DNA of 64,000 nt. Source: an uncultured Phycisphaerales bacterium (GTDB lineage: Bacteria > Planctomycetota > Phycisphaerae > Tepidisphaerales > Tepidisphaeraceae). The position numbers and the translations under genes are program-made. Below, in pieces: positions 10,850 to 22,145 of the stretch. Under the pieces are notes generated by a model. The model had not been told where the DNA came from. It was given only the letters and a program-made list of their open reading frames with translations, and made no database searches. Numbering within the stretch: position 1 is the first letter of the stretch; each line of letters starts with the position of its first letter. The stretch covers positions 1,568,001 through 1,632,000 of the forward strand of contig CAVWVQ010000003.1 in assembly GCA_963758525.1 (NCBI GenBank), read 5' to 3'.

Positions 10850-11187
10850 CCAGCACCGTCGAACATGCATGGGAGACGAAGCGGACCAAAGAGACGCGCA
10901 AGGTAGAGGACATTCTGCGGCGCGCGGGATTTGAGCAAGTCGACGCATACCGCTACAACTCGGCCTCGATCCGGCTTCGCGTGATAGATGCGAGATTCGA
11001 AGGGTTATCTCTCGCGAAACGAGACGGGCTGGTAGAGCCATTTATTGCGCAGCTTCCCGAAAAGACACAGGCTGACATCATCACCCTATTTACCTTCGCT
11101 CCCAAAGAACTGCGGCCGAAGTCTGGCATCTCTCGAGAGTTGCTCCAGAATGCCGAATTCGAAAATCCGAGTCCGTCGATTCTTTGA
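10846..11187 (+). CDS. Small partner protein, BolA-like or degenerate MNT-like
   Basis: IRLRVIDARFEGLSLAKRDGLV resembles the BolA/MNT 'VxSxxFEGxSxxxR' segment; translationally coupled to the HEPN gene. Confidence 0.55.
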   Translation: MTSTVEHAWETKRTKETRKVEDILRRAGFEQVDAYRYNSASIRLRVIDARFEGLSLAKRDGLVEPFIAQLPEKTQADIITLFTFAPKELRPKSGISRELLQNAEFENPSPSIL

Positions 11188-11235
11188 CGGACGTTGCGCC
11201 CCCCGTGAGCGCCTTTGTTGCGGGGCTGATCAGAC

Positions 11236-11706
11236 ATGTATCGCGTCACCATAGATCCGATGATTCAACGCCTTGCTCGCCACAAGCGCACCGACTCCCC
11301 CATGACCGACCCAATCGGCCCCGAACTGCTTTCGTTTTACAAGCACTCGGTTGAAAAACGGCAGGTGAAGTTCGGGAAGATTGCCGACTACTGGATGAAG
11401 CTGGTTCCACCAATTCTGGCGGACCACTGTTCACTTGAATCATTCTCAAAGGGCTCGCTCACGGTCATCGTCGACAGCGCTTCACATTTGTACGAACTGA
11501 AGCAGTTGCTGCTGGCGGGATTGCAGCAGCAACTGTTCCTGGCGGCCAAGTCGTCGGGATTGCGGAAGATCAGCCTGAAGCGCGGGAATTGGTGCAATGC
11601 CGATCAGCGCGTGGAGTTTGACGCGGGACCGCCGCGGGGGAATCGGTCCAACGTCACGCCAAGCGTCCCGAAAATGCGCTCCAGAAAAAAAACGCGGGGC
11701 CAATAG
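11236..11706 (+). CDS. dciA: DciA (DUF721) helicase-loader family protein
   Basis: WMKLVPPILADHC...GSLTVIVDSASHLYELK pattern and position downstream of dnaN. Confidence 0.8.
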   Translation: MYRVTIDPMIQRLARHKRTDSPMTDPIGPELLSFYKHSVEKRQVKFGKIADYWMKLVPPILADHCSLESFSKGSLTVIVDSASHLYELKQLLLAGLQQQLFLAAKSSGLRKISLKRGNWCNADQRVEFDAGPPRGNRSNVTPSVPKMRSRKKTRGQ

Positions 11707-11806
11707 AACGTCCCTCGTTCACAGGCAGCGCGAGTCGTTCGTAGCCGCGGATGTACATCCGCGGCTTCTGTCCGCTGATCCGCTACACTTGAACGAGAAA
11801 GGCCCT

Positions 11807-13753
11807 ATGTGCGGAATCGCCGGCGTCGTGACGTGGAGTGAGCAGTTTCGCATCCGGCGCGAAACGCTTGCCGCCATGTCTGCGAAAATCGCCCATCGGG
11901 GGCCGGACGCCGAAGGAATCTGGCTCAATCATGAAGCGGAGATTTCGCCGGGTCGTCCGCAGGTTGGCCTCGTACATCGACGGCTGGCGATTCTCGATCT
12001 GGACGCCCGGGCGAATCAGCCGTTCACCGACAACCGCGGCCGATGGATCGTTTTTAATGGCGAGATCTACAATTTCCTCGAACTTCGCCGGGAGTTGGAG
12101 GGACTGAAGCCAGACTACTCCTGGCGGACGACGTGCGACACGGAAGTGTTGCTGGCGGCCTACGACACCTGGGGCGAGAAATGCGTCGAACATCTCAACG
12201 GCATGTTCGCATTTGCGATCTGGGATCCACTTGCGGGCAGACTCTTCTGCGCGGTCGACCGGATGGGGCAGAAGCCGCTGTATTGGGCGGCGGCCGCGAA
12301 TGGCGAAGCGGTGGCGTTTGCCAGCGAGCTTTCGGCGTTGCGGAAGGTGCCGTGGGTCGGCTCGGCGACCGATCCAAATGCAGTGGCCATGTACCTGCAA
12401 TGGGGTTATATCCCCGCGCCGTGGACGATTTATACGAATGTCTTCAAATTGCCGCCCGCGGCGGCGGGCACGCTCGCGCCGGGGCCGCCGCGCCTGACAA
12501 CCTACTTCGATCCCAATGCACCTGCGCGAAGGTTGCGTGATGAGGAAGCGCCGCGCTCTGCGCCAGCTCGTTCTGCAAGCGGTGGCCCGGCAGTGCGTTT
12601 CGGATGTTCCGCTGGGATGCTTTCTTTCCGGCGGCGTTGATAGCTCGGTGATTGCCGCGGCGATGCCGCGCGACGCATTCAGTAAACCGGTGCGGACGTT
12701 CACCATCGGCTTCGAGGATCGGCGTTACGACGAAACGCGTTTTGCCGCCGCCGTGGCAAAGCACCTCGGAACCGAACATCATGAATTTGTGGTTCGCCCG
12801 AACGCGGCGGAAGATTTGCCGAAACTTGCCGCGGTATTCGGCGAGCCGTTAGGGGATTCATCGGCGCTGCCGACGCATTATCTCTCGCGAGAAACACGGC
12901 AGTTTGTGAAAGTGGCTCTCAGCGGGGACGGCGGAGACGAGCTTTTTGGCGGGTATGACCGCTATCGAGCGGTGCAAATCGCCGGACACCTGGACGCGAT
13001 GGCCACAACCGTCGATGCGTTGCGCCCATTGTGGATGCGCATTCCTGGCAGTCACCCCAAATCGCGCGGAGCGCGGATCACGCGCCTGCTTGGCTCAGTC
13101 GGGATGCCGCCCGGAAAACGATACCTCAGCTATCTGGAGTTGTTCAACACGCGGCAGATCGATGAGTTGCTTTCAAATCATGGCGATCGTGCGACCCCCT
13201 TGCGCGGCAGTTCTTTCTGCAGTTGTACGATTCGCTCGCACAAACCACCGACAACGTGCGCGCGGCTCTGGCGATCGATCGTCGCCATTATCTGCCTGGC
13301 GATCTGCTCGTGAAGCTCGACCGTTCGTCGATGCTTCATGCGCTGGAAGTGCGCTCGCCGTTCATGGACCACGAAATCGTTCGCTTCGCGTCGGGTCTGA
13401 CGACCCCGCAATTGCTCAAGGGCGGTTGGAAGCGGATGTTGCGCGAGGCTTTCGCCGACGATCTTCCCGCATGGGTTTTCAAACGAAAGAAGATGGGGTT
13501 CGCCGTGCCGATCGGGCAGTGGTTTCGCGACAGTCTGCGGGAGATGTTGCACGAGGCGCTGTTTGCCGCGGACTCGTTCGCGGCGGCGCACCTTCAGAAG
13601 GCGGCACTGGAGCGACTTGTAACGGAGCACGAACAGGAAACCGCGGATCATTCGCAAAGACTCTATGCACTGCTGATGTTGGAGCTTTGGCATCGGGGTC
13701 GGGATGGCTCGGCGCACCGCATCAACTCGTCCCAATCACAAGCACGAGCATGA
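11807..13753 (+). CDS. asnB: Asparagine synthase (glutamine-hydrolysing) family amidotransferase; frameshifts near 12540 and 13200
   Basis: MCGIAG, HRGPD, FNGEIYN, DTEV, LSGGVDSS, SGDGGDELFGGY, DRSSM..LEVRSPF, KMGF. Confidence 0.9.
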
Positions 13754-15119
13754 TGACTCCGTTGTTGAGCGCGTGAGCGGTCGCCGAGGCGACGATCGTG
13801 CCGCGCCATTCGCGGATGGCGGCGAACGTGAGCGCGATCATCGCCAGCGGCGGGATCGCGGCCCATCCCTGCGGATGGATCGCGGCGAAGATCAGGCTCA
13901 CAATCAGCGCGGAGAGCCACCAGCCATGGCGCTGGCGGAGGTGATGAAACAGCGCGCCGCGGAAAAGCGATTCTTCCGCGAGGGGCGCGAAGACCGAAGC
14001 CAGGAGAAACAGACGCACGGCTGAATGCAGGCCGGACGCCTCGTTGATGATCGGGTGGGCGGTCTGCGCTCCGCTGATTTTGGAAAGAATGAGCGTGAGG
14101 ATCGCTCCGGCCAGCAGCAGCGGAAGCCCGGCGATGTAGCCGACGATCCCCCAGAACATTTCGCGGAACAGGCCGGTTCCGAGGTGCCAGCCCAGGCCGT
14201 ATCGCAACTGGGAGCAGGTCACTCCGCGCAGAAGCGGCCACGCGAGCCCCGTCGCCACGGGGACACAGCCGGCGATGAGATACGCCGCGTTAATCGTCAC
14301 ATGCCCGGAGAAACGGCCGACCAGGGACGAAATGATGATCATCAGCGCCAGGTAGATCGCGAAGCCTTCAAGAAACGGCACGGTGTTGGTGACGACGGGC
14401 GTGTAGGCGGTGCGGATTTTTCCCTCGGCGATCTTCACCAGAGCGATGATCGCCAGCACCACACCGGCAATCAGCGCGGCGCCGGCGACGCATCCGACGC
14501 CGAGAATTACCGTCATCGCGCGCCATGCCGCTTGCATCGCGACCTTCCGATCCGGATCGGCAGCGGTTTTGCCAAATCCCAACGCCAAATGGCCGAACCA
14601 GCCATAGCGCGCAATGAGACGTGATCGGGCTTCGCCGCTGAGGGCAGTGCTGTCGGCTCCGTATACCGTCGACAGCGCCGCCGCGTCGGCACTGAGGTCC
14701 GGCGAGCGGCGAGATGTTCCCGCCGCGGCGATCCTCTGCATCGCCGATGTCGCGCCGCTCAACTCCCCGGCAACGATCGCCACGCGAAAATGATCCGGCG
14801 TGCTCCTTGCGACGGTATCGAGCTGGCTCAGATAGATGGGCGCCGGATCGATCGGAATTTGCTGGGGCGTTGGGCGCTTGACCATCGCGCTGGAGGCGAC
14901 GGCGTAACGCGCAATGATCTCGAGCTGAACATTAGGGGCCAGCTTGTTGGGAGATTCGGATGCTCGCTGAGTCGACTCGAGCCGATTGAGCGTGACGATC
15001 AGCGCGACGCAGAGGAGAATCACGATCCAGGAGCTGATCGCGCTGAGGCGGTTGTGGTACGGACAATGCGCGCCGGCGTCATCGCCGCTCGAGTAGTCGG
15101 GGTCAGCCGACTGCGTCAT
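13722..15119 (-). CDS. CPBP family (CAAX/Abi) intramembrane metalloprotease
   Basis: APLAEESLFRG, FAAIH, HALNN; multiple TM helices. Confidence 0.9.
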   Translation of the reverse strand: MTQSADPDYSSGDDAGAHCPYHNRLSAISSWIVILLCVALIVTLNRLESTQRASESPNKLAPNVQLEIIARYAVASSAMVKRPTPQQIPIDPAPIYLSQLDTVARSTPDHFRVAIVAGELSGATSAMQRIAAAGTSRRSPDLSADAAALSTVYGADSTALSGEARSRLIARYGWFGHLALGFGKTAADPDRKVAMQAAWRAMTVILGVGCVAGAALIAGVVLAIIALVKIAEGKIRTAYTPVVTNTVPFLEGFAIYLALMIIISSLVGRFSGHVTINAAYLIAGCVPVATGLAWPLLRGVTCSQLRYGLGWHLGTGLFREMFWGIVGYIAGLPLLLAGAILTLILSKISGAQTAHPIINEASGLHSAVRLFLLASVFAPLAEESLFRGALFHHLRQRHGWWLSALIVSLIFAAIHPQGWAAIPPLAMIALTFAAIREWRGTIVASATAHALNNGVIMLVLVIGTS

Positions 15120-17767
15120 GGCGCGCCCGCGGGTCCGGAAGCATCGGGCGCGGGCGGCTCCGTTTCCGTCGCGTCCGCGGGGACGCTTTCCTCCGGCGGA
15201 GCCGGATCAACCTTGGCCATTGCGACGAGCTTGTCTCCCTCATCGAGCTTGATGAGCTTGACGCCGGCGGCATTTCGTCCGGTCTCACGGATTTCCGCGA
15301 CGCGGGTGCGGATGAGAATTCCCTGCTCGGTGATGAGAATCAGCTCGTCTTCGTCACAGACGGTCTGCATGCCGACGACGTCGCCGTTGCGGTCGGTGGT
15401 CTTGATGTTGATGACCCCTTTGCCGCCGCGCCGGATGAGACGGTAATCCTCGACCGGGGTGCGTTTACCGAATCCGTTGACGCAGCCGGTGAGGACCATG
15501 CAGTTGTTGGGGTCCTGCCCGTGCGGGACGACGATCATGCTGACGACCGCGTCGTCGGATTCCAGGTCGATCCCTTTCACGCCCCCCGCCGGCCGGCCCA
15601 TCGAGCGCACGTCGGTTTCGTTGAAGCGGATGGCCATCCCGTGCCGCGTGCCGAGCAGGATCTGATCTTTGCCGTTGGTGATTTCGATTCCGATCAGCTC
15701 GTCGCCCTCTTCCAGACCGATGGCGATGATGCCGCGGCGATTGATGTTGCCATACGCCGCCAGCGCGGTCTTCTTCACCACGCCCTTGCGCGTGCTGAAG
15801 AGGAGAAACTGCTCGCCCTTGCTGAAGTCCTTGACCGCCAGGACATTGGCGATTTTCTCGCCGGCCTGAAATTCCAGCAAATTGGCGACGGATCGCCCCT
15901 GGCTGGTGCGGCTCATCTCCGGCACGTCGTAGACGCGGCGCTCGTAGACGCGGCCCTGATTCGTGAAAAAAAGCAGATAGTCGTGCGTGTTGGCGACGAA
16001 CAGATGCTCGACGAAGTCCCCTTCCTTGCTTTCGGTTCCCTTGATTCCCCGGCCGCCGCGGGTCTGCGCACGGTAGGTGCCGACCGGAAGGCGCTTGATG
16101 TATCCGGCGTGACTCACGGTGACGATCACGTCTTCCTGGGCGATCAGGCTTTCCATGTTGAAGGCGCTGACGTCACCGGTGATCTCCGTCCGCCGGGCAT
16201 CGCCGTACTTTTCCTTCAACTCAAAAGTGTCTTCGCGGATGATGTCCATCAGGACGGTCTCGTCGCCGAGGATGCGCTGGTAGCCGTCGATCTCCTCGGC
16301 GACGGCTTTGAGCTCGTCGAGCAGCTTTTCGAGCTCGAGTCCGACGAGCTGGATGAGCCGCAAGGCGCCGATCGCCTCGGCCTGGACGTGCGTCAGACGC
16401 ATCGGCCGTTCCTGCCCTGCGGCTCCGGGAAAGACTCCGTCGGGGTAGCTCTGATATTTCTTGGGAACCAGCGTTGCAAAGCGATCGTTGGGGTCCCTGA
16501 CCACGATGTGGAATGCCCGCTCGCGCAACTTCTGGATCGCTTCCTCACGGGTTTTGCTGCTGCGAATCAGGCGAACGACCTCGTCGATGTCGCAAACGGC
16601 ATAAATAAGTCCTTCGAGAATGTGCTCCCGCTGCTGTGCCTTGCGCAGCAGGAATTTGGTCCGGCGGGTGATGACTTCCTTGCGATGCTCGATGAAATGC
16701 TGAATCAGCTCCTTGAGCCCCATCGTGCGCGGCTGGCGATTCACCAGCGCGATGTTGATCATGCTCACCGTGATCTGGCACGGGGTGTATTGATAGAGCT
16801 GATTGATGATCACGTTCGGATCGGCATCACGCTTGAGGTCGACCACAATGCGCACCGCGTGCTCGCGGCCGCTGTGGTCATTCACATCGGAGATATCCTT
16901 GATCCGATCGTCGCGCACGCAGTCGGCAATCGATTCCACGATCGTCTTGCGAATGATGCTGTAGGGGAGCTCTTCGATGACGATGATCTGCTTGTTGGTT
17001 CCTTTGACGTCCTCGATCTTGATCTTGGCGCGGAGTTGCAGCCGGCCGCGGCCGCTGGTGTACCCCTCGACGATTCCGTCACGGCCGCAGATGATGCCGC
17101 CGGTGGGAAAGTCCGGGCCCGGCACGATTGCCAGCAGATCGGCGATGGTGCAGTCGGGATGGTTGATGACGTGAACGATGGCGTCGCAGATTTCCCGCAG
17201 ATTATGCGGGAGCAGATTGCACGCCATGCCCACGGCGATGCCAGTGCTGCCATTGACCAGAAGGTTGGGAAATTTGCCGGGGAGAACCGTCGGCTCCGTC
17301 AGCCGATCGTCGTAGTTCGGCTGGTAGTTGACGGTGTCCAGCTCCAGGTCCTGAAGCAGTTCCATTGCGATGGCGGTCATGCGCGCTTCGGTGTATCGAG
17401 CGGCCGCCGGCGGATCGCCGTCGGTGGAGCCGAAATTTCCCTGAGCATCGACCAGCGTATAACGGAGGTTCCATTCCTGTCCGAGGCGGACGAGCGTTGG
17501 ATAGACAACCTGGTCGCCATGCGGGTGATAGTTGCCGCTGGTGTCGCCGACAATTTTGGCGCACTTGTAATGCTTGGCCCGCGGCCCGAGGTTCAGATCA
17601 TTCATCGCCACGAGGATGCGGCGTTGCGATGGCTTGAGCCCGTCGCGGACATCGGGCAGAGCCCGGTCCATGATGGTGCTCATCGCATAGGTGAGGTAGC
17701 TGTCCTGCAGCTCCTGTTCGATCTGAAGATCTTCCACCCGGTCGGCGGGGGGATTGCTTTGCGTCAT
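15116..17767 (-). CDS. gyrA: DNA gyrase subunit A
   Basis: [32 protein letters not shown], GyrA-box QTRGGRG, C-terminal pinwheel repeats. Confidence 0.97.
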   Translation of the reverse strand: MTQSNPPADRVEDLQIEQELQDSYLTYAMSTIMDRALPDVRDGLKPSQRRILVAMNDLNLGPRAKHYKCAKIVGDTSGNYHPHGDQVVYPTLVRLGQEWNLRYTLVDAQGNFGSTDGDPPAAARYTEARMTAIAMELLQDLELDTVNYQPNYDDRLTEPTVLPGKFPNLLVNGSTGIAVGMACNLLPHNLREICDAIVHVINHPDCTIADLLAIVPGPDFPTGGIICGRDGIVEGYTSGRGRLQLRAKIKIEDVKGTNKQIIVIEELPYSIIRKTIVESIADCVRDDRIKDISDVNDHSGREHAVRIVVDLKRDADPNVIINQLYQYTPCQITVSMINIALVNRQPRTMGLKELIQHFIEHRKEVITRRTKFLLRKAQQREHILEGLIYAVCDIDEVVRLIRSSKTREEAIQKLRERAFHIVVRDPNDRFATLVPKKYQSYPDGVFPGAAGQERPMRLTHVQAEAIGALRLIQLVGLELEKLLDELKAVAEEIDGYQRILGDETVLMDIIREDTFELKEKYGDARRTEITGDVSAFNMESLIAQEDVIVTVSHAGYIKRLPVGTYRAQTRGGRGIKGTESKEGDFVEHLFVANTHDYLLFFTNQGRVYERRVYDVPEMSRTSQGRSVANLLEFQAGEKIANVLAVKDFSKGEQFLLFSTRKGVVKKTALAAYGNINRRGIIAIGLEEGDELIGIEITNGKDQILLGTRHGMAIRFNETDVRSMGRPAGGVKGIDLESDDAVVSMIVVPHGQDPNNCMVLTGCVNGFGKRTPVEDYRLIRRGGKGVINIKTTDRNGDVVGMQTVCDEDELILITEQGILIRTRVAEIRETGRNAAGVKLIKLDEGDKLVAMAKVDPAPPEESVPADATETEPPAPDASGPAGAP

Positions 17768-17939
17768 GATTTCCCTTGCTGGACTGGCGGGGCGGAACAT
17801 CGGCCGCCAGAAGCTTCTCCGCCAAACGTTTCTCAAGCCCTCCGCGCAGGTGAAAATTCACCTCGGAGATACGTAGGAAATTATAAGCGAAATCGGCTGC
17901 GAAATCGACGCAGGGTTGCACGCCCGTCGTTGCGTCCTA

Positions 17940-17990
17940 CTCCCTCTCCCGGTATTCCGGGAGAGGGTTGGGGTGAGGGTGATTTCGAAC
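17940..17990. repeat. REP/CIR-like palindrome CCCTCTCCCGG-N-CCGGGAGAGGG followed by TTGGGGTGAGGG
   Basis: Hairpin with the widespread CCCTCACCCC..CCCTCTCCC motif in the gyrA upstream region. Confidence 0.7.
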
Positions 17991-18200
17991 GTAGAAGGAC
18001 TCTTGTCTCTCCATGAGCAGAATGGTTGCCTGCAGCGACAATTCATTTTGTTGCGGATGCGAGGGTAGGTATCGGGAAAGGAACTCTTTTGGATCGAGAC
18101 GGCTCAGTCGCTTGCGAGCATCATCAGAACCTGCGCGAGCGACAGTTACGGAAGCATGGCGAGCCGCGGCCAAAAACGCGAACGTAAGGCTGATCCGGCT

Positions 18201-18824
18201 TCACGCACCCCAGATTTCTCCGAGGCGAAGAACAAGACCCGGAAACAGGGACGGGCGCAGCTCTTCGTCGCCCTGGCCGGCGGCGTCGTCATGGTATGCG
18301 CTGTCGCGGAGAATCAGGCACTGCAATCTCCGCTCGAATGGATCCAGCAACCAGTAGTTTGCAACGCCAAACTCGGCGTACCAGCGGCGCTTGGTTCGAT
18401 GGTCGTGGCTCTCATGGCCGGGGCTCACGCATTCAATGATGAGCTTCGGCGGGATGAGAATTCGCGTGCGCGCCAGATCCTTCCGCCCTGCCGCCAACGC
18501 GGCTTCTCGTTGCCGCTGCTTGTCGGCCGGGGTTAAAAAGGCGGCATCCGCGCGGGCAACCCGGTCTTCATCCACCACAATGTCAACTTCGGTCGCGAAG
18601 CTGCCTGCCTCTTCGCCGATGCGGGCGACAACGCGATAGATGAGTTTTTGAAGCGTCTCGCCGCCGACGAAATAAGCAGGAGGCATTGTGGTGAGGACTC
18701 CTTCGACGATTTCGTAACGGCCATTGAACCACTGTTGCTCGATGTCGGGATTGTCGAGATCGCGCGCTGTCCAGCCGGTGGTGCCGGGATCGAAGGGGCG
18801 GCAGTTTGCGATGCTCGCAGGCAT
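18201..18824 (-). CDS. Uma2 family PD-(D/E)XK endonuclease (copy 1)
   Basis: RYEIVEGVL, RADAAF, LIIECVSPG, KRRWYAEFGVANYWLLDP, PSLFPGL. Confidence 0.9.
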   Translation of the reverse strand: MPASIANCRPFDPGTTGWTARDLDNPDIEQQWFNGRYEIVEGVLTTMPPAYFVGGETLQKLIYRVVARIGEEAGSFATEVDIVVDEDRVARADAAFLTPADKQRQREAALAAGRKDLARTRILIPPKLIIECVSPGHESHDHRTKRRWYAEFGVANYWLLDPFERRLQCLILRDSAYHDDAAGQGDEELRPSLFPGLVLRLGEIWGA

Positions 18825-18960
18825 GCAAAAGAGTATATGGGCTGGGTCATACCCTTGGCGAGAAAATTCGAGTTTCAGGCTCGATGCTGGAAACAGCTAA
18901 ATGCTCTTGCGCGAACACGCGATGTCAATCTGCCAGGTGCCGCGCGAATCCATGAAGAGG

Positions 18961-19058
18961 GAACACGAATCTGCACGAATGAAGCACGAATCTAACGAAT
19001 AAACGCGAGGAAAACTGCTTCGTGAAGGTTCGTGTGAAATTCGTGTCGATTCGTGTTC
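18961..19058. repeat. Palindromic element of tandem CACGAAT / ATTCGTG repeats
   Basis: About four (c)ACGAAT units on the left arm and four TTCGTG units on the right; terminal GAACACGAATC/GATTCGTGTTC pair exactly. Confidence 0.8.
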
Positions 19059-19214
19059 TGCATTTCTCGGTACCTGCGGGCCGGGCGGGATCGCGCGGGG
19101 TCATTAAGCGAGCGAGGCGGCAAAAGGACTCGGAAAGGAGAGGCGGGTTCGACATGCATCGGTGATTCCATAGGAACATCGGTGGCATCGCGGCAGATGC
19201 GCCTACCATCGACC

Positions 19215-19937
19215 ATGCGCATTCCCCCGGCCGTGCCGTTACTGACTTTCGTGGCCGCGTTCGCGGGGTGCGCTTCTTCAACAACGACTGTTTGCCCATC
19301 AACCGCGAGCGGGCCGTCGGCGCCGCGGCCGACTCCAATCGAGACGGCGGATGGTGCGCAAGCGGCAGAGTCTCCGGCCCCTCCGTTCCTCCTTCATGAG
19401 GCGCCCCTTCCGCGGGATTTTCCCCCGCCGGGGCCGATCGGGGTGGTGATCGCAAAAGCGTATCCCCCCTGCCGCGCGGCGCGGGTGCAGGCGAGCGCGC
19501 TGCCGCAGGGGCGGCAGGACGACCTGTTCATGCTGCTCTTCAAGCACATCCAGAAAGAGAACCTGGCGATGACGGCTCCCATCGAGATGGAATTTGCCCC
19601 GTCCGCGACGACGACTCCCGCGACGCGTCATCCATCTCCGCATCCGCCAACATCCATGGCGTTTTTGTACGCCAGTTCCAGCGCGGGCAAAGTCGAAATG
19701 GATGGCAACATCGAGGTGCTCGATCTGCCGGCCGCCATGGTTCTCTCGGTGGGCGTGCGCGGAAGCTATGACCGCGCGCATTTCGAGCAGGGGATGAACG
19801 AGATCAACGCGTGGCTCGACATGCATCCCGGCAAGTATGAAGTCAGCGGGCCGCCGCGATTTCTGGGTTACAACAGTCCGTTTGTGCCGTGGTTCATGCG
19901 GTATGGGGAGGTGCAGTTGCCTGTGCGGGCGCGATGA
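19215..19937 (+). CDS. SOUL/heme-binding family lipoprotein
   Basis: Lipobox FAGC; LFKHIQKENLAMTAPIEM; YNSPFVP..RYGEVQLPV. Confidence 0.8.
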   Translation: MRIPPAVPLLTFVAAFAGCASSTTTVCPSTASGPSAPRPTPIETADGAQAAESPAPPFLLHEAPLPRDFPPPGPIGVVIAKAYPPCRAARVQASALPQGRQDDLFMLLFKHIQKENLAMTAPIEMEFAPSATTTPATRHPSPHPPTSMAFLYASSSAGKVEMDGNIEVLDLPAAMVLSVGVRGSYDRAHFEQGMNEINAWLDMHPGKYEVSGPPRFLGYNSPFVPWFMRYGEVQLPVRAR

Positions 19938-19988
19938 ACCGGTTCCACAGGTCCATCCTGAAGGCGCTTTGTACCGGCTGAAAACGGT

Positions 19989-20612
19989 TCATGTGTTCCA
20001 GATTTCGCCGAGGCGCAGAACCAAACCGGGAAACAAAGAGGGCCGGACCTCTACTTCACCGTCACCTGCGGTATCGTCTTGATATGTGCCGTCGCGGAGA
20101 ACCAAACATTCCAATGTCTTCTTAAAAGGATCGAGCAGCCAGTAGTTAGGAACGCCGAACTCGGCATACCAGCGGCGTTTGGTCCGGTGATCGTGCTTCT
20201 CGTGGCCAGTGCTGACGCATTCGATGATGAGGGTCGGCGGGACGAGAATACGGGTGCGAGCGAGATCCTTACACCCCTCCGCCAAAGCGGCTTCGCGTTG
20301 CCGCTGCTTGTCGGCCGGCGTCAAAAAAGCGGCGTAGGCACGGGCAACACTATCCTCATCCACCACAATATCCACTTCTGTCGCGAAGCGACCAGCTTCT
20401 TCGCCGATATGAAGAACGACGCGAGAAATCAAAATCAGCAGCGTCTCGCCGCCGACAAAATATGCTGGAGGCATCGTGGTGAGGACTCCTTCGACGATCT
20501 CGAAACGTCCATTGAACCATTCTCGCTCGACTTGAGGATCGTCAAGGTCGCGGGCGGTCCACCCTGTGGTGCCGGGCGTAAACGGCCGGGATTCTGTCAG
20601 ACTCTCAGGCAT
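19989..20612 (-). CDS. Uma2 family endonuclease (copy 2, close paralog; putative catalytic Asp replaced by Tyr)
   Basis: Same length (624 bp) and highly similar to 18201-18824; VARAYAAF versus VARADAAF. Confidence 0.9.
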   Translation of the reverse strand: MPESLTESRPFTPGTTGWTARDLDDPQVEREWFNGRFEIVEGVLTTMPPAYFVGGETLLILISRVVLHIGEEAGRFATEVDIVVDEDSVARAYAAFLTPADKQRQREAALAEGCKDLARTRILVPPTLIIECVSTGHEKHDHRTKRRWYAEFGVPNYWLLDPFKKTLECLVLRDGTYQDDTAGDGEVEVRPSLFPGLVLRLGEIWNT

Positions 20613-20657
20613 CGACGCAATTATACCGGTCAGACGCCCCCGCTTGCGAGGGAAATT

Positions 20658-22071
20658 CTACTCCACCTTGCGCAATTGCAGCGTGTCGATCACTTTTTCG
20701 TGGGCGAGCGCGTTGGTGATGACCACCAGCCAGGTGCCGGGGCCGCACCAATCGCGGCGTTTGAGATACTCGATCGCATCGCGGATGGTGAGTTCCGGAT
20801 CGGCATTGAAGGGCATCAGGAACGGCTCGACGCCCCAGGGCAGCAGCAGTTGCCGGAAGATCACTTCGTCATCGGTGAACGCGTAGATCGGGACGCCCGC
20901 GGCGCGCAGGGCGGCCAGCGTGTAGGCGAGAAATCCGCTGCGGGTGAAGACAACGATCCCGGAATTGCCCAGCTCCTGGGCCAGCTTGGCGGCAGAGCGC
21001 AGCATCTTGGCCTTGGGCTCTTCGAGCTTGATCACTTCGTTGATCCCCCGCCGCTCCGACGGCTCGATGCTGCGAAGAATGTTCTTCATCACGTCGACGC
21101 ATTCGAGCGGATACATGCCGGTCGTCGTCTCGCCCGAGAGCATCACGGCATCCGCGCGCTCGCGCACGGCATTGGAGACATCGGAAATTTCGGCGCGCGT
21201 CGGCATCGGGGAGGAGATCATCGACTCGAGCAACTGGGTCGCAATGATGACCGGCTTCCCCTCGGCCAGGCAGACCTCCACCATCCGCATCTGCACCAGC
21301 GGCAAAATGTGATAGTCGATTTCGATTCCGAGATCGCCGCGCGCCACCATGATGGCGTCGGAAGCGCGCACGATCGATTCCAGGTTGCGCACGCCGGACT
21401 GATCCTCGATTTTTGAGATGATGCGCAGCTTTGGAACCCAGCGCGGTCAGCAGTTGCCGCAGGGCGACAACATCCTCGCTTCGCCGGACAAAGGAGAGGG
21501 CGAAAAAGTCGATCCCCATCTCGATGCCGACGCGGATGTCGTGCTCATCTTTTTCCGTGAGCGCGGGAAGGTTGATCTGCACGCCCGGGAGGTTGATATG
21601 CCGGCGCGAACCGAGCTTGCCGGGCGTGAGCAGCTTGCAGCGTACGCGCGTGGCGTCCTTCTCGACGACCTGCATGCGAATCATGCCGCTGTCGACCAGA
21701 ACAGTCGCGCCGATGCTGACATCCGCCGGCAGCCCCGGATAGTTGACACTGACGCCGCGCACGCCCTCGGAAGGCGTTAACGTATAAAACTCGAAGGCAT
21801 CGTCGATCTTGAGGTCGATCGGCTCGCGCACGACCCCGGTGCGGATCTCCGGACCCTTCACGTCCATCATCACTGCGACATGGCGCTGCACGTCGGCGGA
21901 GGCGGCGCGAATATTCCGCACCGTATCGCGAACCCAATCGGCAGAGCCGTGCGCCATGTTGAGGCGCAGCACGTCGACGCCGGCGTTGATGAGCTGATGA
22001 AGTTTCTCGCGGGTCTCGGTTGCCGGACCGATGGTGGCGATGATTTTGGTATGTCTGTAGTAGCCGCGCAT
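20658..22071 (-). CDS. pyk: Pyruvate kinase (frameshift near 21425)
   Basis: TKIIATIGPA, RLNMAHG, DVKGPEIR, IMVARGDLG, ATQLLESM, PTRAEISDV, MLSGET. Confidence 0.95.
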
Positions 22072-22145
22072 AACCATCCGTTTCGGGATGCGCGGGTTGG
22101 TTGGGCGGGAGTGTAGCAGGTGGGGCGGAAGTTTTCAGTACTCTC

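Noticed and set aside
11807..13753. AsnB as a lasso peptide cyclase (RiPP cluster with the CPBP protease)
   Set aside because: Intact N-terminal Cys glutaminase domain; no precursor, B1/B2 or transporter; the CPBP gene is convergent
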